Counted from the stretch's first letter, positions 51,101 through 61,009 are shown. The stretch: 64,000 nt of DNA from Mobula hypostoma (GCF_963921235.1 NC_086097.1:222024001-222088000); one strand, 5' to 3'. Made by a program: numbers and translations. Notes: a model not told the origin generated them from the sequence alone.

Positions 51101-54100
51101 TTAAGTGATACTGGAGACAGACATACCCAGAAAAGAAAACAATACTCTATTACACTATTAACATACCTTTTTAGATGGTGGAAAGACTTGGGGGAGTCAA
51201 GAGATGAGTTATTCGGCCCAGGAAATCCAACCTCAGATTTCCTCTCCTAACCACAGCTTTTCTGTAGTTGGTCTTGTTAAGATTTTGACCAGTTATAACC
51301 CTCAGAATATTAATAGCAGTGAACTGGATAATGTTAATGTTGCTCAAAATCAAACCAAGGTGATCGCCTCTATCTTGTTGGGCCACATAACAATCATCTC
51401 CAAGTTTAGTCACCTTCTAACTCAAGCATAGATGTTGTCTAAAATGTGCTGCTTGTGTCACAAAATTCTTCACAAGCAGAAAAATTTCAAAGATACTGAA
51501 TACAATGTAAGTAGTTAACATCCTCATTTCTAAACTTATATGGAAGTGGGAGGGAACGTCGACTCAGACCATGAGAGGCCTGCGTCAGGTATTTTTATGC
51601 CTTACAAGGCGCAGATTGGAAGTCTGTGTGGAGCGCCACTCCTCGCACAGATGGAAAGAAAAGGACATTGATGAAGTGACTGATAGCTGTTTTCAGGATA
51701 GTACCATGAGTGACTCCTCCAGCAATAATTGGCTTCCAAAGCCACAATCAGCTTACTTTACGAATATGAAATCCAACTCCAACCAGCGGAGGGTCTTTCC
51801 TCTGATAGCAAATGCCTTTAACTTTACATGAATTCCTTGATTTGAGATGTCAACAGCAGTTTCCAGCTCAACCCTAGAACTTCACTCTTTTAATCATGCA
51901 TGGATCAAGTCAAATTCAAAACATGAGAGATCTAATTTATAGTGACCAGTTGGCATTTGATAATATTGTCAATGTGACACATCATCACTTTGCTAGTGCT
52001 GCAGAGTAGGTTCCATTCATCCAAGTTGAACAGGTTGTCAAGAATGGGTATTTTCTATATTACCAATTAGAAATCGGTGACAGCACAGTGCATGGCTAGA
52101 AGTCTTAATAGAGCTGGAGAAGAAGTCTGCAGTACTACAGTGAAGGATATTCTATGGAGCCTTGACCTTACTGTGTACAAAGCACTCAGCCACTTCTTGA
52201 TATTAACAGAAGTAAATTGAATTGCTTAATCATTCCTTCTATCAAGGTAGGGAGGGGAAGGAGGCTAAGTGGAAGGTGATATGTGAAGTCAGGTAGGTAG
52301 GAATTGTCAAAGGCTGGAAAAGAAGGAATCTGATCTGAGAGAAAAGTGGACCATAGAGAAAGGGACCAAGGAGGAAGTGATAGACAGGTGAGAAGAAGTA
52401 AAAGGCCAGAGTGGGGAACAGAGGAAGAGGGGAGGGGGAGGAATTTTTTTTTGTCAGAAGGAGAAATTGAGAGGGAGAGAAACACCTTCAAATTCCATTT
52501 ATTACATATAGCAACATTACTGATATTTGGGGAAGTTTTACAGTTGGAAAGATAAACTCTTAGGAGCACAAAAATCCCTCTGAAAAATGAGGATATGTCT
52601 TTCTTCAATGGTGCTAGATTACCTAGAAGAGTGAGCAAAATTGCTCCACTTCAGAATGTTGGTTTTCAGTAACATAACTCAGTTTTGCAGAATCATGCCA
52701 GCAGATTGTTTGATTTTAGTCTACATTGGCAAACTCAGTTTGAATAGGAAGCAGTAATATGATTAGAGCATCTGGGCATCATTATATTTCCTTTGTCAGA
52801 GCTTAAGAGGGAGAAAGAAATATAACAATTGTTTCAGATCGATAACCACTCAGCAGAATTATCACTGACCCGAAATGTTAATTGATGTTGCCTCAGAAGC
52901 TAAGTATTTCCAGTCCTTCTTGTTTTTATTTCATTTGTAGTTCTTTTTCTGATTTTCAAGTAAAGTGTATGGATGTGTTTAAATCATGTCAGTTGTAATC
53001 AGGTTCATAAAATTAGTGTTTGGGGCAGATAAAAACATGAATTCAAATCCAGTTTACTGCAATTTAGCCATCAACTTTATGACACTGAGAAATGGAACTG
53101 CTTATTATGAACCTATATGAGACAATTGTAAATAGAACAATTTTTTTTTGGTTTCTTTCTAACTCAATAAGTCCAGACTCAATTTGATCGGTAAAACTAT
53201 CAACATCTAATAGTCATATTTGCCCTGTTGCTGTCCTAATCTCTTTCCTCATCTGAGTTTTTCAAATGCATTTGAATAGAATATATTTGAATTGAATAGA
53301 ATAAATTTAATTTCATCCCTTTAATGAGATTTCTTATGAGACCATACTGAGTGAAGTTGTTTTTGAAGGGAAGTTGTAATCATGGGCTACTTTATTGAAT
53401 CTTTCATCAGTCACATTCCCTTTCCAACTCTACTTACTCTTGCATTCACCACTGGGACAACCTTCCTCTCAGTCACTTCTACTAATAATGCAAGACTCTA
53501 ATAATCTCCTATCCATCAGCTTGAGACTGTAGTTTGTCAGGTAATATTTGCAGGGTTCCTTTTCAACTCATCAGGGTCTGTAGCATATTAGATTTTGTAA
53601 GACACTGAATGAATGTCTGTCCAGTCAAATGACACTTAACTCTTTCTGATCTTGTATCGTGTGAGGTCTGTTATTAACTGATGTCTGTTGGTGAGTTAAC
53701 ACTGAGAATGTCTGTCAAGCAGTTCGATAGCTGGTTTCATGGATCCTTTTTGGATTCAGACTTACCGTTTATATGTGTAAACTTTAATGTGCTTTATAAG
53801 CCCAAGGAATGTTGTGTGCTACATTAAAATGTGTTATTGATTTAAGAAGGTGTGCTGAAATACTCTGTTAATGGACGCAAGTGTTGTTTGAATGAAAGAA
53901 ACCAGACTGTGTTAATGGACGAGAACAAAGAGTTTTTCTACCTCATGGTCGCTCTGCACGTGTGAATACTGTATATTGGACTGCTTTTTGAATTTTCTTT
54001 GGACTTCACCCAGACTGGGATCACGATTGGTGCCCAGGGCTCAGGGGTGGTTTCACGAGCAAGTCAGAAATGAGAGTATTTCTGAGATTATGAGAAATGA

Positions 54101-57100
54101 GCCGACAGGATCCACTGAGTGGTGAAGGAATGGTGAGGCCAGAAGTGTTTGTGATTTGCTGTGTAGTAACTTGGGTGGTTTATTTGTGCTACCTATTTTA
54201 TGATAATAAATTGGGCGTAAGTTACTTTGTAACGCTTGTACGCTTATTACTACATTTCCAGACACTCACACAGTTGGTCCTGATTAATCCAGCCTGTTAC
54301 AGGGCCCAAATCCTGCACTTCCATCACATCAGCACTCATGTACACCCTGTCTGAATGCCCCCGCCCCCCAACTCACAGACACACTCGTCACTTGTCAACT
54401 TTTATTACATAATTGCTTCACATATTTGTACTACTGCTTGCTTCATTATAATATTACCAGTAACGTTATACTGTCTTACATAAACACTTTACCTCACACT
54501 CCATGTCAACCTCCCAATATTCAGGCCATGCCAGTGCTGGATCATAACTCTACAGTATGTACTGTGTGTGCCTTCATGTACTGCTTTTTGCACCTTGGCT
54601 TCAGAGGAACAAGGTTTTGTTTGGCTCTATACATGTGTATTGTTGAATGACAATAAACTTGAACTGTCAGGAAACTAGTTCCCATGGGTTCCCACATTTG
54701 CTTCCTAGTCACCCCAACCCCAGATTCTGTATTCCTTTGCATTCACCAAGACCTCAGTCCCCCTGCCTTATTTCACCTTATCTGGTTCACTAGAGAATTT
54801 AGTAGTAGTGTAACATCCAAGTAAATTTCTTCAACTTCCTATTGTTGTCACATTTTCTAACAATTAAAGATGTTAAATAAGTGAGGATTTTTGTTGATAA
54901 TTTATAGCATTGTGTCCAGTTCTGGACTGGCAGTACAGAAGAAAAGGCTGGAGCAGAACAAATGAGGCTTTGATCACACTGCACTGCTGTGGAGAAGGTT
55001 ACCATCTGTGGTAAACCATGTATATATGTTGTAACTCGGTTACCTGTCTGGACACACCCCTCTGCTGACTGCCCCTGTGGCTCCTCCCACAGAGTCCTGT
55101 ATAAAGGTGTTCGCCTTGCCCCTCCCCCTCAGTCCGGGGGCAGACACTCACTGTGGAGGTCGTATTGTACAGCGAATAAAAGCCTTTCAGTATTTTTACC
55201 AAACCTCAGTCTTTTGGAGTAATTGAAAGTGCTTCACCATCCCTTTTATCAACCATTTTCTCTGGGCTCTACAGCTGTCAAGTGGTTTTAAACTGAAATT
55301 ATGCATATGAGCCACACAAAAATAGTGAAGTAACATAGGTAGGTTTCCAAAGACACCACCTGCCTGACCCCGCTTTCCTATAAAACTCTAAAGCAAAAGA
55401 GGTAAGTACTGTTATGGGTAAATTGAAGGAAAATCACTATGTTCACTACCAACATGCACAAGAATTGCAGTCATAAGATGACAGAATTTAATTATCTTAC
55501 CTTCACCACCGCATTATGATTTAAAGACACAGCCACGTGAAGAGGTGATAGATACATATTGTTCAGAATGTTAGGGTTTGCACCTCTGTCAAGTAGAGTT
55601 TGTACAATATGTGCTTGATTTGTTTCTGCAGCCCAGTGCAAAGGCGTGTTTCCATTGGAATCAATGATATTTAGTACTGGGAAAGAAAACAAACCTCAAT
55701 GTATTGTAGGATCACCACAAGGTGTCTTTAGACCAGACATCATGACACCAAATTTGTGTTCATTCAAGATTCATTTATTATCAAAGAATGTATAAATTAT
55801 GCAACCTTGAGATTTGCTTGCTCACAGGTAGCCACAAAGCAAGAAACCCAGAAGAACCCAACTTAAAGAAACAAAATAAAGTAAATTAAAAAAACAAAAG
55901 ACCAACATTGAATACGCAAGAGAAAACAAAAGTACAAATCTTGCAAACAATTGAAATAGCATTCTGAACCAAAATTGAGTCCTCAGATCCAAACCCCAGA
56001 GTAGGCCCAAAGCCAGTTTATCATATTAGTGGGCATGGAGTACAGCAGCTGGGGCAGTCTTCATAGCCTCGGTGTCATGCAGGTGTGCCACAGGGATCAG
56101 TGCTGGGTCCATTGTTATTTGTCATCTATATCAATGATCTGGATGATAATGTGGTAAATTGGATCAGCAAGTTTGCTGATGATACAAAGATTGGAGGTGT
56201 AGTAGACAGTGAAGAAGGTTTTCAGAGCCTGCAGAGGGACTTGGACCAGCTGGAAAAATGGGCTGAAAAATGGCAGATGGAGTTTAATACTGACAAGTGT
56301 GAGGTATTGCACGTTGGAAGGACAAACCAACGTAGAACATACAGGGTTAATGGTAAGGCAGTAAGGCACTGAGGAGTGCAGTGGAACAGAGGGATCTGGG
56401 AATACAGATACAAAATTCCCTAAAAGTGGCGTCACAGGTAGATAGGGTCGTAAAGAGAGCTTTTGGTACATTAGCCTTTATTAATCGAAGTATTGAGTAT
56501 AAGAGCTGGAATGTTATGATGAGCTTGTATAAGGCATTGGTGAGGCCGAATCTGGAGTATTGTGTTCAGTTTTGGTCACCAAATTACAGGAAGGATATAA
56601 ATAAGGTTGAAAGAGTGCAGAGAAGGTTTACAAGGATGTTGCCGGGACTTGAGAAACTCAGTTACAGAGAAAGGTTGAATAGGTTAGGACTTTATTCCCT
56701 GGAGCGTAGAAGAATGAGGGGAGATTTGATAGAGGTATATAAAATTATGATGGGTATAGATAGAGTGAATGCAAGCAGGCTTTTTCCACTGAGGCAAGGG
56801 GAGGAAAAAACCAGAGGACATGGGTTAAGGGTGAGGGGGGAAAAGTTTAAAGGGAACATTAGTGGGGGCTTCTTCACACAGAGAGTGGTGGGAGTATGGA
56901 ATGAGCTGCCAGACAAGGTGGTAAATGCGGGTTCTTTTTTAACATTTAAGAATAAATTGGACAGATACATGGATGGGAGGTGTATGGAGGGATATGGTCC
57001 GTGTGCAGGTCAGTGGGACTAGGCATAAAATGGTTCGGCACAGCCAATAAGGGCCAAAGGGCCTGTTTCTGTGCTGTAGTTTCTATGGTTCTATGGTTCT

Positions 57101-60100
57101 ATGACCATCGTAGAGAATGAGTTAAATCAGTTCTTGTCCTGACTGACACCCCGTGTTTTCAGTCTATCTGTGTCTATCTATGAGTTCATGACATTGACCT
57201 CATGCTGAGTACAGATTAAGCTTCATTTTGAAGCCCCATTCAAATTTTACATAAAAGCCATTTCTTTAGCATGGCATGGCAGGAGGATGGTGTGGACAAC
57301 CTGTACATACACATCAAGGACAGGAACTTCCATGGGTTTACAATCATGTCCCTAATCCAATTCAGCTAACATTAGCCACAGGACAAAAGATAAACAATTT
57401 TTAAGATCAAAAATCCATTCAGCACATATCACTTTATTATAATTTTTGATGCATGTTTGAAAGTCATTGCCAGAAGCAGACCAGAAGACCCATCCCAGAT
57501 AAAAATTAGTCTCCTCTGTTGTGTTCATTTGAGTGGGTCTTAGAGGATGCTTTTAAAGCAAAACATTTTTGTTAGTGGCTAACCACAAATTTTCTTTGCC
57601 CTTTTAAAAGCTATTAAAAATTATTGTTTAATCTACTCAGAAAATGAGCACTGTACACCAATGAAACTAATACCTGCATACATTTTTAAAGTCATTTTCA
57701 GTTTTCTAAAATTGAATCAATTGACTAAAAGCTTTGACTAATAGTATTTTTTGCGCTAAACCCTTTTCAGCAGACCGAATCAACTTATTAATCTGATATC
57801 AAGGAATACCTTTTAAACTAAAATTTAAGATATAAATTCAGTCCAATGTACATGTTTATGGAAGCTTTTATGTAGCACAACAAGCAAATGATTCAAGGAA
57901 AAGTCCTTAGGTTGGAGACTACCCAGATGCAACATGAAGTGTGCTTCTCCAACCAGAGAGCGGCCTCATCATGGTAGTACAGAGGAGGCCACCGACCAAC
58001 ATCTCAGAATGGAAATGGGTGGTGGAATTAAAATGGTTTGCCACTGGGACATCCTACTTATTGCAGATGGAGCAAATATGCTCGACAAGGCAGTACACCA
58101 ATCTCCATCGGGTCTTACTGATATAAAAGAGGCCACACAAGGAGCACCAGATACAGTAGAAGACCCCCCCAGCTGACTCGCAGGTGAATTGTTGCCTCAC
58201 CTGGAAGGATTGCTTGGGATCCTGAATGGAGCAGAGGCAGGGTAGATTAGGGTGGATGTTTTCAAAATAAGATCATTTTTTCTCTTTTGGTGCTTCTTTA
58301 CAATAAAATGAATGTCTAAGTCAGAATAAATTAGATAAATGATCTAGAAATATTTCCTATTCACAGTCGCCCATCCAGCAATTCCCTCTCTTCTCAAACT
58401 AGCCACTTTCCTAACTACTCTAGCTCCTGACCTTAAATTTTCTAATCTTCCACTTACCCACTCCCACTCCGAAACCCAGAAGCTACACCAGCACTTCTCT
58501 CAATCTTTCAATGCGCCACTCTCCTGAGCCTTGAGCCCAGTCCTCCCAAACAACCACCAAAGAATCCCCAAGCAAGGGCTCCTGTTGCCCTCTCCACTAC
58601 TAGTCACTAAACTCTGCCCATCACAAGGAATTTTGCAAAGGTGCAACACCACCCTGGGCATCCATCTGAGCACAACTAAGCCTGAGATATTCCTGTGGTA
58701 TACAACATTTTTACAAGTATAATTTGCGTCTATTGCACTCATGAATCAAAGTCAGAATGAATCTCAGAAGAATTGCCTTCTTTGTGCTCAGTGTTATTCT
58801 GTTAATATATATAATGACTTTAACGGGTAAAGTCACATCCATAAGAACTCAATTTAATCTAGAGTGCACTGGATGTCAGAGGTAATAAATTTTATAAATT
58901 GCAAACATGAGTGCACACATACAACATGGTGATAAGCTTATGACCCTAGTGACTTGACAGAAACCAATACTCCATCAGCATAAAGTTAATGTAAAATCAT
59001 TAAATGAAATATGAGGACCTGAGTTACAGTCAAAGGTTGAACAGATTAGGAATTTACCCCCTGGAGTGCAGAGAGTGAATGCAGTTCCTATAGAGATATG
59101 CAAAATTATGTGGGGTATAGATAAGGTAAATACATGCGGACTCTTCTCCCCCGAGGTTAGGCAAGCGCAGATCTACAAATCATAGGTTCAGAGTGAAATG
59201 TGAAATAGTTAAGAGGAATCCAAGGGGAAGCTTCTTCACTGAAAGGGTGACGCACGGGTGAAATGAGCTGCCTTCAGAAGTGGACGTGGGTTCGATTGCA
59301 ACATACCAGGGCAGCTTCGATAGGTACATGAGAGAAAAAGATATTGAAGTCTATGGACCAGGAGCAGGTAGAACTAGACAGAGAAATAGGTCAGTATGGG
59401 CCAGATGGGCCAAAAGGTCTGTTTCTGTGCTGTAGCTCTCTATGACTCAATGAATCTATATGGCATCACTTTACAATGTATCTGAGAATAGGTCTTTCTC
59501 CAATATTCACTGGCTTCAAGTGGACTAGAATGCAACAGCGCTGATTACCTGCTGGAGATAAGGCCACTGACAGTGGCTCACCAGGGTCCTCTATCCTGGG
59601 CCCGGCTTTAATGTTGTCTCCAGGTGTAACCCATCTTCTTGATGCATCCTTCCTTGCCCAGGAATGAGGTCTTTAGAACTTCTGCTGGTGTTTCTGTAGC
59701 ACTGGGTTTTTCCCGGGATGCAGTTGCTAGCCCCATGCCCAACCCCCTTCCTTTCGCATCCGGGCTTGGGACCATTCATGCCGGAGTTTGATTATCTTTT
59801 TTCCCTTTTTTTTTACCTTTTCCCTTCTCTTAAAATCATTTTTTTTGTCCCCCCAGCAGCTGAATGACTGGGCTGATGAAGCTTTTGGGAAACAGAAGCA
59901 GAAAAGGGATGCGGCTGGTCTCAGTGTGCCAGCTTCATTTTAAGACTGGATGAACATAGAACATAGATGTCCCACTCTGTGAAGGTGGAAATTAAATTCT
60001 GGCCAGTAATGGAATTGGACTCTTTCGATTACGGTATGAGGAATGCTTGGTTCCCAGGAAAAGTCAAAAAAAAACTTTGCATTTCCATGGAATACCCAAG

Positions 60101-60826
60101 TTTCCTGCAGTGATAATACTGTCTACTGCCAGCTTTTGCTGTAAAGTTTGAAATTGTGATTCAGCCTATATTAAGGTGCCATCTAAGAAAGGATTTTGTC
60201 ACCATGGTTCACACAGTCTTTTCAAACCTGTCTTTGTGTAATGTAAGACGTCAAGTGGCTATAAATGCATAACCTGCAGGGTAGAAATGTGAAATCATCC
60301 CCTTATAACTGCATATAATGTAAAAAAAAGTCCTTTTATTTTTAACATATTTTACCTAGTGACCACTTACCTTCAGGGTTCGTATACCCAATGATTAATG
60401 TCAAGATGTTATGGTGGCCCGCTCCAGCAGCGTGATGCAATGGGGTTGACTTATCCTCATCCATTTGGCTCAGGCAGTCACTATCTACTTCCATTAACTT
60501 TTCAATCCGTGTTATGTCACCATGGTCAACCAGCTAAGAATACAATTAAGCATCTTAATTACCTACTCACACATAAAGAGTTCAATCTTTTCTCATTTTT
60601 GAAAGATTTAAGGAATAAATCTGGATCATTTCAGGAACACACAGGATTTATATTAGCAAAGTACAGATTCCACATTTCATTCAGTCAGTAATTTGGTTTT
60701 ATTCAGAATACTTCATACGTTTACCTTGAATATGTTAATGTTCTTCTGTGAAGAACATTCATCCATATTTTGTATCGAAGAATAAGAACGAGTATTTTGT
60801 TGCCCATTTGTTATAACACATTGCAT
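3094..60826 (-). CDS. TRPA1: TRPA1 ankyrin-repeat cation channel, partial spliced CDS (coding exons 1-18; 3' exons lie outside the window)
   Basis: 18 exons with GT-AG boundaries join into one stop-free frame of 2129 nt. Ankyrin repeats are followed by TRPA1-specific linker motifs ([40 protein letters not shown]). Most exon sizes match the human layout as recalled. Confidence 0.97.
3328..3597 (+). mobile_element. tRNA-derived V-SINE (HE1-like)
   Basis: A-box-like tagcatggtgg, B box ggttcaattcc, V-domain-like gagtttgtacgttctccc...ggtttcctccc, A-rich tail. Confidence 0.8.
3677..3812 (+). mobile_element. Penelope pLTR-derived short repeat (related pieces near 4110-4335, 9004-9090, 34846-34945, 36400-36500, 40726-40871)
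   Basis: Shared ctgatgaag...gatgctgcc..cctgctgagttcctccagcatt core, the same sequence that ends the Penelope fragment at 40924-41326. Confidence 0.7.
4656..5039 (+). mobile_element. RTE-type bipartite non-autonomous element inserted in a V-SINE tail
   Basis: RTE-like 5' UTR (ggcttgcgtgcctcgatgacc) and RTE-like 3' end; imperfect duplication aatcacaggaca/aatcatgggaca. Confidence 0.55.
5090..7565 (-). mobile_element. Degenerate CR1 LINE: ORF1 (coiled coil plus esterase-like) and 5' part of ORF2; 3' half absent
   Basis: ORF fragments [20 protein letters not shown]...[17 protein letters not shown]; many frameshifts. Confidence 0.85.
6666..6973. repeat. 49-bp minisatellite, about 6.3 copies, inside CR1 ORF1
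   Basis: Unit cccctttctacctagctcctggcct(g/a)tcctcacagtgcaggacctcttc recurs every 49 nt. Confidence 0.97.
7568..9330 (-). mobile_element. Degenerate Rex1/Babar LINE (RT domain to 3' UTR) with a Penelope-derived insert near 9004-9090
   Basis: [19 protein letters not shown], degenerate KFANDT (YADD site), [14 protein letters not shown]. Confidence 0.85.
9362..10150 (+). mobile_element. CR1 LINE 3' fragment
   Basis: RDLGVLV...KANAMLAFI...YCEQFWAP...SYEERL plus CR1-type 3' UTR. Confidence 0.85.
10546..10644 (-). CDS. TRPA1: TRPA1 exon 17, [33 protein letters not shown] (99 nt)
   Basis: atgcag acceptor, GTAAGT donor, [12 protein letters not shown] motif (human C665). Confidence 0.97.
10727..10786 (-). 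CDS. TRPA1: TRPA1 exon 16, [20 protein letters not shown] (60 nt)
   Basis: tttaag acceptor, GTAAGT donor, LLDxCM motif (human C641). Confidence 0.95.
11396..11486 (-). CDS. TRPA1: TRPA1 exon 15, [30 protein letters not shown] (91 nt)
   Basis: ttttag acceptor, GTAAGT donor, CPIxEMIE motif (human C621 region). Confidence 0.95.
12279..12323. repeat. 22-bp tandem duplication
   Basis: tggatgtatatttaa(c/t)aactga twice. Confidence 0.9.
12454..12620 (-). CDS. TRPA1: TRPA1 exon 14, [12 protein letters not shown]...[23 protein letters not shown] (167 nt)
   Basis: ccaaag acceptor, GTACG donor. Confidence 0.96.
13141..13690 (+). mobile_element. Non-coding interspersed element, probably an RTE-derived non-autonomous family, copy 1
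   Basis: Colinear with 20675-21258; both start ccttaaggttgttatag and end ggaggc(c)tca. Confidence 0.7.
14238..14352 (-). CDS. TRPA1: TRPA1 exon 13, [38 protein letters not shown] (115 nt)
   Basis: ttgaag acceptor, GTGAGT donor, WTALHxAxxGGY motif. Confidence 0.96.
15195..15712 (+). mobile_element. CR1 LINE 3' fragment
   Basis: LERVQ, YEE, RGHSL-type segments and CR1 3' UTR. Confidence 0.8.
15880..16187 (+). mobile_element. Short RTE/BovB-tail-like element
   Basis: ggagaaggcaattgcaaactacttcagtag resembles the BovB/BovA 3' motif; ataataatgatg tail. Confidence 0.5.
17990..18154 (-). CDS. TRPA1: TRPA1 exon 12, [39 protein letters not shown]...KGALLM (165 nt)
   Basis: ttccag acceptor, GTGAGT donor, LLNEGD motif. 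Confidence 0.96.
18195..18482 (-). mobile_element. V-SINE copy ending about 40 nt upstream of the exon 12 acceptor
   Basis: Reverse-complement similarity to 3328-3597. Confidence 0.7.
19805..20490 (+). mobile_element. Rex1/Babar LINE 3' fragment (similar tails near 43470-43860 and 54290-54665)
   Basis: [39 protein letters not shown]. Confidence 0.8.
20675..21258 (+). mobile_element. Same family, copy 2 (related 3' piece near 49190-49375)
   Basis: Imperfect TSD acatatacacaa (20663-20674) / acatataaagaa (21259-21270). Confidence 0.7.
21322..21491 (-). CDS. TRPA1: TRPA1 exon 11, [26 protein letters not shown]...SSLHFAA (170 nt)
   Basis: ttgcag acceptor, GTAGG donor, GCTPLHYxC motif. Confidence 0.96.
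21721..21821 (-). CDS. TRPA1: TRPA1 exon 10, [33 protein letters not shown] (101 nt)
   Basis: ttcttag acceptor, CAG|GTAAAT donor, NFLHLTVxQP motif. Confidence 0.96.
22574..22645. repeat. Perfect 28-bp tandem repeat, 2.6 copies
   Basis: cacccattatttggatatagattattct at 22574 and 22602, partial at 22630. Confidence 0.95.
22880..22979 (-). CDS. TRPA1: TRPA1 exon 9, [33 protein letters not shown] (100 nt)
   Basis: ttccag acceptor, GTCAG donor. Confidence 0.95.
24309..24357 (-). CDS. TRPA1: TRPA1 exon 8, [16 protein letters not shown] (49 nt)
   Basis: ctgaag acceptor, CAG|GTATT donor, phase 2/0 fits both neighbours. Confidence 0.93.
24477..24613 (-). CDS. TRPA1: TRPA1 exon 7, [45 protein letters not shown] (137 nt)
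   Basis: tagcag acceptor, GTAAGA donor. Confidence 0.95.
26531..29287 (+). mobile_element. Young 5'-truncated CR1 LINE; ORF2 open from 26532 to 29216 (partial APE endonuclease plus complete RT)
   Basis: 876-aa ORF with [46 protein letters not shown]1 3' UTR and (ttctatgt)-type tail. Confidence 0.97.
29528..33002 (+). mobile_element. Older near-full-length CR1 (ORF1, ORF2, 3' UTR) with frameshifts and internal deletions
   Basis: HICTRC zinc-knuckle/coiled coil, GDSIV-like esterase, EN and RT fragments; AATC duplicated at 29524-29527 and 33003-33006. Confidence 0.9.
33345..33742 (-). mobile_element. CR1 3' fragment
   Basis: [16 protein letters not shown]...[12 protein letters not shown]; (gaccataa)-type tail. 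Confidence 0.9.
34163..34308 (-). CDS. TRPA1: TRPA1 exon 6, [13 protein letters not shown]...[10 protein letters not shown]...GAKIDLQE (146 nt)
   Basis: tcaag acceptor, GTATG donor, GEEHGYSR motif. Confidence 0.96.
34399..34507 (-). CDS. TRPA1: TRPA1 exon 5, [36 protein letters not shown] (109 nt)
   Basis: acaag acceptor, GTTGG donor, PIHxAAFSG motif. Confidence 0.95.
35443..35788 (-). mobile_element. Candidate solo LTR
   Basis: TG...CA ends, flanks caaagt/taaagt (5 of 6), two minus-strand AATAAA near its 3' end. Confidence 0.4.
37050..38095 (-). mobile_element. Young 5'-truncated CR1 (RT C-terminal half open, 323-aa ORF)
   Basis: [24 protein letters not shown], natural stop and 3' UTR. 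Confidence 0.95.
38378..39690 (-). mobile_element. Old, internally deleted CR1-group LINE
   Basis: [26 protein letters not shown]...FFTQ and degenerate endonuclease fragments. Confidence 0.75.
39808..40463 (+). mobile_element. Same retroposon family, copy B, slightly 5'-truncated, inserted in a Tc1 derivative
   Basis: Inverted near-copy of 1564-2250; aataaa followed by (taatc)3 tail. Confidence 0.85.
40924..41326 (-). mobile_element. Penelope-like element 3' fragment with a perfect 14-bp TSD
   Basis: [27 protein letters not shown] C-terminus; aactgaacctcttg at 40910-40923 and 41327-41340. Confidence 0.85.
45202..47535 (+). mobile_element. CR1 RT fragment split by an LTR
   Basis: [29 protein letters not shown] fragments and 3' tail. 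Confidence 0.9.
45922..47025 (-). mobile_element. Solo LTR (1104 bp) with internal about 30-bp tandem repeats; orientation tentative
   Basis: TGTCAT...ATAACA termini, TSD tagtt/tagat; CR1 sequence resumes on both sides. Confidence 0.8.
48280..49182 (+). mobile_element. CR1 3' fragment, same subfamily as 32140-33000
   Basis: Long near-identical stretches shared with the 3' part of 29528-33002. Confidence 0.88.
49884..49991 (-). CDS. TRPA1: TRPA1 exon 4, [36 protein letters not shown] (108 nt)
   Basis: ctcag acceptor, GTATG donor, LEGxxxNT motif, phase 0/0. Confidence 0.95.
50071..50557 (-). mobile_element. 5'-truncated HERO/NeSL-type (restriction-like endonuclease) non-LTR retrotransposon
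   Basis: [18 protein letters not shown]...C...GW....PVEVGCRGF...[13 protein letters not shown], stop at 50265; imperfect TSD gtacaataa (50062-50070) / gtactataa (50558-50566). Confidence 0.85.
50144..50216 (-). ncRNA. Candidate non-circularly permuted hammerhead ribozyme
   Basis: CUGAAGA, GAAA and GUA triplet with three matching helices (see findings); activity not shown. Confidence 0.55.
55007..55236 (+). mobile_element. Solo LTR (230 bp)
   Basis: TG...CA termini, perfect TSD CCATC (55002-55006, 55237-55241), TATAAA 55100-55105, AATAAA 55175-55180. Confidence 0.88.
55501..55676 (-). CDS. TRPA1: TRPA1 exon 3, [17 protein letters not shown]...[16 protein letters not shown] (176 nt)
   Basis: cccag acceptor, GTAAG donor, two ankyrin motifs. 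Confidence 0.96.
56083..57102 (+). mobile_element. Young 5'-truncated CR1 with one frameshift
   Basis: [19 protein letters not shown] to natural stop at 57022, (ttctatgg)n tail. Confidence 0.95.
57900..58230 (-). mobile_element. Degenerate Penelope GIY-YIG endonuclease fragment (3' UTR-like piece also near 52230-52460)
   Basis: [28 protein letters not shown]...PVANHFNS. Confidence 0.8.
59015..59450 (+). mobile_element. Degenerate CR1 3' fragment
   Basis: Similar to the 3' end of 56083-57102. Confidence 0.75.
60371..60533 (-). CDS. TRPA1: TRPA1 exon 2, [12 protein letters not shown]...[26 protein letters not shown] (163 nt)
   Basis: ttcttag acceptor, AAG|GTAAGT donor, ankyrin TPLHxAA motif, phase 1 matches exon 3. 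Confidence 0.92.
60725..60826 (-). CDS. TRPA1: TRPA1 coding exon 1, [34 protein letters not shown] (102 nt)
   Basis: ACAATG start with in-frame TGA 9 nt upstream; donor AAG|GTAAAC, phase 0 matches exon 2; this segment is poorly conserved so less certain. Confidence 0.75.
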
Positions 60827-60908
60827 TGTTCCTCAGCAAATAACCAAACTTGTTTCCCCCGAGTATAATCTAATTTCTTTTCAGGCACTCATTGACACAT
60901 TCTTAATC
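60827..60908 (-). promoter_or_regulatory. Probable 5' UTR part of the first coding exon, containing two overlapping 3-codon uORFs
   Basis: Polypyrimidine tract plus tag acceptor (ttctttttgtgtctttctag) ending at 60909; ATGTGTCAATGA at 60900-60889 and ATGAGTGCCTGA at 60892-60881. Confidence 0.6.
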
Positions 60909-61009
60909 CTAGAAAGACACAAAAAGAACACTCTAAATATTATTAACAAACCGTTTAAAATCTTGACATTTTGACGGCAGTTAGTGTAAGTTCTCTCATT
61001 ATTTTGGTG

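Noticed and set aside
53522..54055. Possible solo LTR (TGAGAC...GTTTCA, TATA-like and ATTAAA motifs)
   Set aside because: No convincing TSD, so boundaries cannot be supported.
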